A stretch of 45,803 bases of DNA from Catajapyx aquilonaris. Lineage: Eukaryota. Of this stretch, positions 1 to 8,747 are shown piece by piece. The stretch is from the NCBI GenBank assembly GCA_000934665.2, contig JYFJ02003152.1, positions 1 to 45,803 of the forward strand, in the 5' to 3' direction. Each line of letters begins with the position of its first letter. Position 1 is the first letter of the stretch. The position numbers and the translations under genes are program-made. The notes under the pieces are model-generated. The model was not told where the DNA came from, made no database searches, and saw nothing but the letters and a program-made list of their open reading frames with translations.

Positions 1-149
1 CCCCCATATGGAAATATATAGGTAAACCGAGTCAAACAGTGAAATCAAAAGCACTTTTAACTATTGTCGAGTATCTGAATATCGTTATGTAATGGGCATA
101 ATTTTTAAGAGAGATTGCTAATTATTTTCTGAAAATATAACTTCTTACC

Positions 150-203
150 CTCCCTGCCGACCCCAGATATTATGTACGCGACCCACCAGTTTGGGAATCA
201 GTG
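150..203. mobile_element. Right-hand terminus of a degenerate hAT (Charlie-like) non-autonomous DNA transposon
   Basis: GCGACCCACCAGTTTGGGAATCAGTG resembles the reverse complement of the CAGTG-TTCCCAAAC terminus typical of hAT/Charlie MITEs. The other end is not in the window. Confidence 0.4.
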
Positions 204-766
204 CCTCAAAGCTTAAACTGTATAGTTAATCGAGTAAAATAACAGGCAATATAATATTTTAATCCCAAATCTTTCATATAGACTGTGGACTGCTGGGCAG
301 TGCACCGCAGAACCTTGAAAGACAATAGAATCAATGATATAAAAAATGAGGAAGGTTCACCTCGCAAACAAAGTTACAGAGATATTACACGGTGGTGTTG
401 AAACCGAAAGTCAACACTTTTTCATAAATACGTGTATTGCATACCACATGGCAACATGGTTCAAAGTTGAGAAATACTATTCTTGTACATTATTTTCTCC
501 TCACCAAAAAATGACCCCCCAAACGAATAATAACTTAATTGAGATTTCAAACCTGGCGCGAATTCAGACCGCATTCGAGTTCATGCCATGCCCCCCCTCA
601 AAAAAAGTCGCCTTTAAGTACAATCAAATTATGAAATTCACACGCCAGTAAATTCACATCAATAATTGTAATAACCATATTTTTCCCATCAAATTTAACC
701 ACGTTTTCACTAACAGAACCGGAATAGAACGTCACTGTAGTGCGCGGCGATTCGAATGCGCCAACA

Positions 767-778
767 AAGATGGCCGCC
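767..778 (+). promoter_or_regulatory. YY1/Pho-like motif in the putative paracaspase promoter/5' UTR
   Basis: AAGATGGCCGCC in a CpG-containing stretch about 70 nt upstream of the ATG at 841. Confidence 0.35.
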
Positions 779-840
779 TTTCCTTCTTCTTTTAATGTCG
801 TCCTTTTTCCTTCCTTTTTTTTGGAAGTCCGGAGACGAAG

Positions 841-3342
841 ATGAGCGACACGGAGAGCGACGAAGAGGGAGAGGACATCCCACACCCTTCCCTGAACCTG
901 AGGAACATCAACGGATCAGTCCACGAAGAGCTGGTCAGCAGACTGGACACACAATCCAGGTGGACACAACTGGCTCAGATGGTCCAAACCTCCTGGTTAG
1001 ATTTTTCATGCTAATTAATCTCATTAGTTAATTATTAACAAAAGTAATATACATAATTAGATACAAGTAAATTAATAACACTCAAAATTGCTAATGTTCT
1101 GACACATTTTTAAAATCTGAAACACCCTGTGATTGATTGATTGATCTTATTTCAACAATTTTTACAGCAATAATGCCAGGGAGCTGCTGTTAGGACTAGG
1201 CAATGCTGGAATTACAGTGGGAGAGTTGTCCGCTGCACTGGAAAACCTGGGTTTTGTAGAGCCACTGGCTTTGCTGAAACCAAGAGGTAACTAACAGTAT
1301 TTATTTTACAACCAGCGATAAACATGTGATATTTACGTGTATGGCATTACAGAGCCATTGAAGTTCACGTCCGCACCGCCAAAGGGACCTGTGGCTGTCC
1401 ACCTAGGCACGCCGCTTCAACTCAGCTGTCTCGCAGAAGGTTTCCCTCCACCGAAATACCAGTGGTACCACAATGAGACCGCACTACCAGACCAGACCAA
1501 TCCGACGTTAACCATAGACTGCATTGACTCCGAGAACGAAGGCAATTACCACTGCCGGGTGGAACACATTATAAGCGGTGGAACTGTATTGGACTCGCCC
1601 AAAACGAAGGTGTCGGTAGTACCGGAGGCGCCTACTATTATTCGGCAACCAAAAAGCTGCATCGTGGCGGAGGGAACGAGGTTGGAAGTGTGCTGCGTGG
1701 CTAAGGGTCATCCATCACCGACCTACGAGTGGATCAAAGATAACACGATACTTCAAGGAAATGGGGGATCTCGATATGTGGTTAGAATACTGTTTATATC
1801 ACCCTTTGTTAGGTCGCGTTTACATGAGAGCGATTCACTCAGCAACGAAGTTACTCACATGTAAAGCCGCGCACTATATCGCTCAAAGTGATGGAGATGA
1901 TTTTGCCTTGAACCCAAATGCCTCATTATGATCAATATAGTACATCGCTAGGTAACGGTATATTTTTGCCCCCAAACAATTAGTCTCATTGCTGCAAAGT
2001 CACTGATAAATCGCTCGCATGTAAGTGCGGCTTAAACCCAGCCTTAGTGTGAAGTACCCACTATTAACGTGAATGTTTATTTCCGCCTAATTAGGTAGAG
2101 AGTGCTTCTCTGAGAGACACTGGTATGTACAAGTGTGTGGTAGTGAACACCCCTGGAGAAGTGTATACCAACTTGGCTCGTGTGACTGTGACGCCGGAGA
2201 TTGATGCGAACGTCCCAAAGGTGCGATCTAAAGTGGCCCTGCTGATTGGGAACCAGGAGTACACTTCTCTAAAGCGTTTGGTACATCCAGTCAACGATGT
2301 TTGCTCATTCGCTGAGGCTCTGACCAACTTGGGATTTCAAGTAGCAGCGTTTTCAAACTTGGACCTCGATGGAATGAGAAATGTTATCGATATGTTTATC
2401 AAACACTTGGTTGTGGGAGGGAGTTACGTTGTGTTCTACTTTGCCGGGCATGGCCTCGGGGCTCACAGCTCTCGGCTGCTTCCAGTGGAGTATGATGATC
2501 AGACGAATTCTAAAAATCCAGAGGAAGCGTCGGAAGAAGCAGGTCCAGTTTCAGATTTAGAAGTAATGTCTCAAATAATGAGGACTAATCCAGAGTTATG
2601 TTTATGCATAGTTGATGTGTGCAGAAACAACACAGATTCTTACAAGAGTGAGAATATTTATAATGAGGCGTATTCTACTAACCGTAACTTTGTCTGCATT
2701 CATGCAACCAGCCCTCATAAGATGGCATACGAGAGGCGCAAAGACCAGAACGGATGCCTCATGAAATATGTCCTGAATCACATGGATGAGGAGGACGTTA
2801 TGTCATTATTTTCTAACGTGAGTAGGGACATGGAAAAGGATGAGTCGGCCCCGGTTAGGGAGAATCAGATGCCTACGATTCAAACTAACGCATCCATCGG
2901 CAAGTTCAGGCTGAAGGACAAGTGCACGGTGGCGAAGATTCCGAAGCAGCAGGAAGCTTTTACGATCCTGAGAAGCTTGCCCCAGGATAAGGGTTGGACA
3001 TTGAAGGTAGAAGGTCAAACAGGGGAGCTTCAGATAAGATACGCTTTTTACAAAGGCGTGGTTCTGAACAGCGTGGTGGTTCAGGTGGACGTGTCGCAAT
3101 TGCCAAGCGGCATCTCGCTTGTTCACTTAGAATGCACGTCTGAAGGAATAGATCCGTCCAAGTGTAAACCGGAAATGGTGGGGCCAATTATGACCCTGAG
3201 TGTACCTAGCGTGCACCTTCTGAAAGGGGATTTGAAAATCACATTAACCCTAAGGGATCGGAGCGGACGGGCATGTAAGGAGGTCATCACATGCGGGCCG
3301 ATAGGTATCAACAGAAGGAAAGCCCTTGCCGCATTACTATGA
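841..3342 (+). CDS. MALT1: Type-1 paracaspase, MALT1 homologue (death domain, 2 Ig, caspase-like C14, C-terminal Ig-like), ~649 aa
   Basis: Exons 841-995, 1168-1286, 1353-1780, 2095-3342 join in frame (1950 nt). Death-domain-like LVSRLD..RWTQLAQ..ELLLGLGNAGITVGELSAALENL; two Ig domains (LSCLAEGFPPPKYQWY, CVAKGHPSPTYEWIK..DTGMYKCVV); KVALLIGNQEY; catalytic FYFAGHG and IVDVCRN. Confidence 0.92.
1812..2032. mobile_element. MITE with imperfect 24-bp TIRs (PIF/Harbinger-like) in paracaspase intron 3
   Basis: Left GGTCGCGTTTACATGAGAGCGATT and right AATCGCTCGCATGTAAGTGCGGCT are imperfect inverted repeats, flanked by TTA and TAA. Confidence 0.65.
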
Positions 3343-3507
3343 TTCGTACTTGTCTGCTCACTAAATTACAATATGTGAGCCGGGTTCAGTTTTGATAACG
3401 TTTTGTGAACGCATCACAGCTGGGGAAATTTTTTGGGTGCAAATATGTAATTTGGAGACTTTTATTATGATTGTTTGATGATCACTGCCTCTTTATATTT
3501 GGAATTT

Positions 3508-3513
3508 AATAAA
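3508..3513 (+). terminator. Polyadenylation signal of the paracaspase gene
   Basis: AATAAA about 165 nt after the stop, followed by T/GT-rich sequence. Confidence 0.6.
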
Positions 3514-3550
3514 GACTTTTTTAAATGTGCGATTCTTTCTTTTCATGTAA

Positions 3551-3634
3551 AGCCGAGTTCACAAGCGATAAGCGATTTTTGCACCGAACAACTCGTTTAA
3601 TCGCTGATCAAACCGCTCGCATGTAAACGCAGCC
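3551..3634. mobile_element. Short copy of the same MITE family
   Basis: Right end CGCTCGCATGTAAACGCAGCC and degenerate left end AGCCGAGTTCACAAGCGA match the TIR of the 1812-2032 element. Confidence 0.5.
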
Positions 3635-3860
3635 AAATACTATAGTTTCGCAACAATGTAACCATAGCGCCTAGCCATAACAATTAAGGGGGGGAGGGAA
3701 GGTATATTTAGGAATTGGACACCACTGGAAAGCATTAGCTTTTTTTTTTTCCACATTTTTACATTTTACTCCAGTACACCAGGTGAGTTAAACTAATTAT
3801 TATGTAATGAGATGCCTGCCTTTTAACTAGTTTGGTCCGCCTTAGGTTTAGTCGCACATC

Positions 3861-6800
3861 ATGGACAGCAGTGAAGTGCCGACAGATGCATCGGTAGGGA
3901 CCGAGTCAACAGCGGCGCCTGACCGTGAAAGTGACGAGGAGTTGTCCTTCGTCCCGGAGGAAGACGACCTTCTAGATGATTTGGTGGGTCCAGTTAAAAT
4001 GGCCGAATCGCACAAGGACGATGTTTCAATCACATCTGAGGATATGGAGGACAGAGGGGAGGATCCCTGGAAGCATGGGGATCGCTGGACCAGGACAGAC
4101 TCATGGTACCGATGGTACCTGGGAGACCAGTGGGACAAATGGAAGATGAAGCGGCCCAAAGGTCGACCCAAGCCACAGCATGCGGTGGACTGGAAGGCCT
4201 CCGATACACAAAAAGCGGACTCTGTATCGGTTGGCGAGGACGAATTGGAGGAGGAGGAGGAGGCTTTCTTTGAATTGTGGGGCGACCAGGAGGAAGTGGA
4301 GGAGGAAGAGGAGGAGGAGGAGGGAGAGGAAGAAGACGAAGACGAATTAGCCGATGCCTTAGAGATGGAAGAGGACCTTCGCATGGAAGGCGGGCTTAAC
4401 ATGGACGAGGTGGAACGCAGCTTCATGGATATCGAACACAAAATACGGACCAAGTATGTCAATAGTGTGCTGCTTTTTACCCACGTTAATTTTCCATCTG
4501 TTTCAGGTACGGGCTTATCTTTGACAATGCGTCGGAGGAGTCTCTATTCACAGAGTTGGGCATAGACGACCTTACTGAGGCGCCTGAGACCCACAAGTCC
4601 GTGGTTAAAGAACGTTTCTACAAAGAGGGACCAGAGAGTCCGGATGTAGTCACAGAAGAGAAAAAAGAGGCAGCGTACGAATCGGAATCATCCGAGTCCA
4701 CGGACAGCTCCGAGTGCTCCTCGGAGGCGTCGGACGATCAGCCAACTGATTTAGAAGACGAAAAGTCTGAATCTTCCTTTATCTCGCAGTCGTCTGATAT
4801 AAAGGCTCGAGTTTCTTTCCAAGAGGTCAGAATCCGATTAAAACGTATTTGTTCAGAGACATTTTGTAACTAACGATGTAAACTACTGCTGCATAATTTT
4901 TAAATGCGGACAAGTTCTAAGCATAATGTATTTTACAGTCGGATGATTTTCACAAAGTGGTAAAAACAGTAAGGGCAAGTGAGATGATCACGAAGACTCC
5001 TGAGGAGGAATACGAGGAGACGCTCGGCCAGCGATGGCACTTTGGTCTGAAGCGGCCTCCGGGTCATGAAGAACCTCTTGGAATAGAGCTATCAGAGTAC
5101 GGCCTGCACGCCATGGGAGTCAAGAAGACGCCGCTTAACCTGGCCGCATTGCACGAGAAGATCATGTCCCTGCCTGGAAGCAAGTCGGAGGCGGACATAC
5201 CGGATGAATCGGAGGTCTGGCATTTCGAGAAGTCCAGCGTGCTGAAGCCAGACGTGTACAGTCAGAGAGCGGTCAACATCACCCGGAGAGCTCGGAACCT
5301 TCTGACCATAAAAGGGATGCACAAGTTTCCCAACATAAGGGCGAAAGTGGACGTGCATTTTCCCGAAGCCAGACAAATGGGGCAGAGGCCCCTGCCGTTA
5401 GACCAGGCCCGCACTTGGTAAGTTTTTCTTGACTTCGCCACTTCGGTTAGCGTTACCGTTGATTATTCCAATTCCTCCAGGGCAGATGTGTGTCCAGAGA
5501 GGTACGTGACTCACAACAACATTGAGCGGGTGATCATGTGGAAAGTGGAGAACTTCCGGAACCAGTTTTCCCAAAAGTTTCCGGACAGGCTGGATCCCTA
5601 CTTGGTCACCAAGAACGAGTGCGGGGTACAGAAATTCCTTCCCTGGATGATAAGGCCGACGTCGCTGGCTGCCTTTCCGTTCCTCGAAGATCTCGTCAAT
5701 TTTGTCGTAGATCACATAACATACGTACCGCTGGCCTTTCCTCTTCGCACAGTAAGTTGATGGTTTTGATTAGCCTCACACAATGACCTGCGCAAATGTT
5801 CTCTTTACATTTACAAATACGTCGTGTTGTTTCTAGCCCGACATTGTGTGCTCCCCGTCGTCTGTGCTGCTGACGAAGAAGGGCAACTGCATGGAGATGA
5901 GCATACTGATGGTGTCTCTCCTGCGCGGCCTCCGCTACGATGCGTACGTGGCCTGGGGCTATGCGGACAAGGAGACGTGCACCTACGACCTCTCCGAAGT
6001 GCAGTGCGATTACACGATCCAGGAGCAATCCACGCAAACCGCGGACAAACCACGATGCAAGTACGAGCTCAAGGAGAGGCCGCTGTTGCAGAGCGAGTAC
6101 GACAACTACCTGAACAGTTGCGAGGAGCGGGAGGAAGCGAGGATGAGGCAGGGACACGCCATGTACCTCAAGAGGATCACGAAGGTGAGCCTCGCATGTG
6201 GACAGGCGGAATCCAAACTGACGCTACGTGCGATTTCAGATGCTCACTGCACGTCAGAGCGATCGCTACCACGGTCAACGTCGTCACGCCTGGGTGGTGG
6301 TGGTGGACGGGAGGATGCTGGTGGAGACCCCCTTCTTCATCGAGCCCAGCACCGGGAACTTCCTGGAGGTGGACAGCAACCACTACCTCGGAATCGAGAG
6401 CATGTTCAACGAGGAGAACGTCTGGGTCAACCTGCAGGATATCACCAAGCTCACGGAGGTGCGGGTTCAGTTTGCTATGAATTGCTCTTGGACGCTCACA
6501 CGCAATCGTTTCAGGGCTTCACTTTCGACACGAAAATCAGGGCGTGCTGGATGAGGGTGATGGAACCTATGTTCGAGGCGGGCGCCGTCCAGCCGTCGCT
6601 GGGCAGGGAGGGAAAGATGATGTCCGGACGGATGATTGCCGGACCACCGAAGCTCTACTTCCACCCGTCGACCTGGCAGAGGAAGCTCAAGATCACTGCT
6701 GACGGTGAGACGCCTTCGGGCGTGTTTACACAATGGGACACAATTGTCTGAGTGGACATGTCCGACAATTGGGTCGCCTCCATTTGCTTTCCAGATCGCC

Positions 6801-8593
6801 TCGTTCCATACCCCGGCGGCAGGAAGAGGTTTGACTACAACCAGACCATCCTGCTGAAGTTCGCTCCCTACTCCTTCGAGGAGAACATGCTCGTCCGGGC
6901 CATCACGTACAGGCGGTCCAAGGACAACCTGAGGATGATCCGGAACTTCTTCGGCATGAGGAAGGACAAGCTGACCATGGTGGAGGAGAACCCCATCACC
7001 AGGATGACCAAGCGGTACTTCTCATTCGGGCGGCCTGATCTCATCGAGGGTATGTGTCCCGTTTTCGCTCATCACCATGTCATTTTAAATAATCCGTCCG
7101 TCCAGAGCACCACTTTCCGTTCGGCACGACTGACAAGTGGGGATGCCACAAGCTGGTGTACAACCTCGAGCGTGGGCTGGACGGCCTGGTGAGCCAGGAG
7201 AGGACACCGAACTGCCTCATCAAAGAGTACCAAGGACGTCCGGACAGGATGAACCTGCAGATATTCGACAAAGGGCCTCTGATCCAATCCGAGGACACGA
7301 TGGCTGGCTATCCCGTCCTGGTATGTTGTAGCACCAAAACTACGGCCGACACCAGCCTAAATCTCGCCCTCAATTTTCCAGACTGTCATTGAGCGTTTCG
7401 ACCGCGACCCGAGCAAGACGTGCCACGAGGACATTGCGGAAATCACGTTCAACCTGCTGAAGCAGACGATCCTGTTCTCGTTCCACCAGGAGGAGCACTT
7501 CCTGACCACGGCCTGGAGGGAGTACCGCAAGCCCCCGATGGACGCCAGGGGAATGCAGCCCATCTACACCCCCGAGTCCACCTTCAACTACAGGCCTCGG
7601 CTGCGGCTGCCCATGCCCTCGTACGTGGACGACTACCAGACGGTCTTCAAGCTCCAGGAGATGGCCAGGAGGTTCCCGTTCGACGTCAGGCTCATGGAGG
7701 AAGAGGTGAGTCCTTGCCGGCTCTGAAATGTTTACACCGAGTCGTTTCGTCAGTTTGCAGACGCAGGCCAGCGCGTCATGGAAGAGGGCCTGGCCTCGGA
7801 GCTTTACTTCGAGACATTCGACATTGAGAGGAACCTTCAGGCGCAGAAGGAGAGGAGAAAGAGGGTTAGCCCACGCTTTTTTTATGCATTCCGCTGCCCC
7901 TTTCCAATTGATCGTGCAATTGCGGTTTTTTTGCCTCTAGGATCGCGATCGTATCGAGGCCGAGTTCCAAAGGCTGTGCAGGAAGCTGGACATTATTGGT
8001 CCGTACTGGGAGCAGATGCACCGACCCTCCATCTTCGCCCCGAAGGACTCCATGCGCATCCTGGAGAAGTGTCTGGGGATGTTTCGTCTGCAGATGATGA
8101 AGAGGGTGGAGTCCACGCAGGAGTTCTACAACCATGTCAGCCTGGTGAGAGCCTGGACTTTTAAGCCGCAGCTAGCCCGTTTTATTGACACATTTAAAAC
8201 CATGTCGTCGTTAGCTGATGAGTCAATAGCTCCTTTTTTTTCTTCCTTCTCCTCCAGGAGCTGTACCTGGCCAAAAGCGCATACGAAGACCTCGAGTCGG
8301 TGCGTGCTCCGACCGAGGAGGAAGTGGAGGACTACAAGTCGTACTGCCACAACAAAATCCTGACTCTGAAGGTGGCGGAAGACAGGTGCAAGCGGCTTAA
8401 GTACCTCGCGGCAAAGGGTTACGAGGCCCTGATCATGAAGCTGGTAGACGACCCCCGGTTGCAGCTCATGTACAGAAAGGGAAAAGCGCCGCCAAAGGTC
8501 AAGAAGAATGAAACCGCAGCAAATCCAGTCAAACAGAACGACGCAGGAGTGGCTGAGAGGCCAATGGCACGCGCTTCAGTTTACGCTACGTAA
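3861..8593 (+). CDS. DRC7: Dynein regulatory complex subunit 7 (CCDC135/lost boys homologue), ~1287 aa
   Basis: Exons 3861-4453, 4507-4825, 4939-5417, 5481-5751, 5837-6184, 6240-6458, 6515-6704, 6795-7049, 7106-7320, 7382-7705, 7754-7864, 7941-8144, 8258-8593 join in frame (3864 nt). Family motifs VENFRNQF..PDR..NECGVQKF..IRPT, GNCMEMSILMVSLL..YDAYVAWGYA, RHAWVVV..FFIEPSTG, ERFDRDP..EDIAE, and C-terminal DPRL. Probable 5' UTR intron 3783-3845. Some boundaries (e.g. donor 8144 vs 8135) are best guesses. Confidence 0.88.
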
Positions 8594-8696
8594 TTAGCAC
8601 ACGCAACTTTATTATTATTATTTCCTATCATCACTTTTACTGCCGCAAACCTATTAAAATCAGCTATTGGAACTAATTACTTGGCAATATAAGTAC

Positions 8697-8702
8697 AATA
8701 AA
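8697..8702 (+). terminator. Candidate polyadenylation signal of DRC7
   Basis: AATAAA about 100 nt after TAA; an alternative lies at 8818-8823. Confidence 0.5.
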
Positions 8703-8747
8703 TTGCATCGTATCTCACATGGCGTCATCGTGGTAATCGGCAACGCT

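Noticed and set aside
756..1031. 91-aa ORF with a hydrophobic start resembling a signal peptide
   Set aside because: Out of frame with the death-domain exon; the hydrophobicity comes from a pyrimidine tract and the ORF runs into intron 1.
3848..4462. 204-aa Ser-rich minus-strand ORF
   Set aside because: Antisense shadow of the GAG/GAA-rich DRC7 exon 1.
5824..8363. Multiple overlapping long ORFs in other frames across DRC7
   Set aside because: Expected from GC-rich codons and short introns; only the spliced frame gives family motifs.
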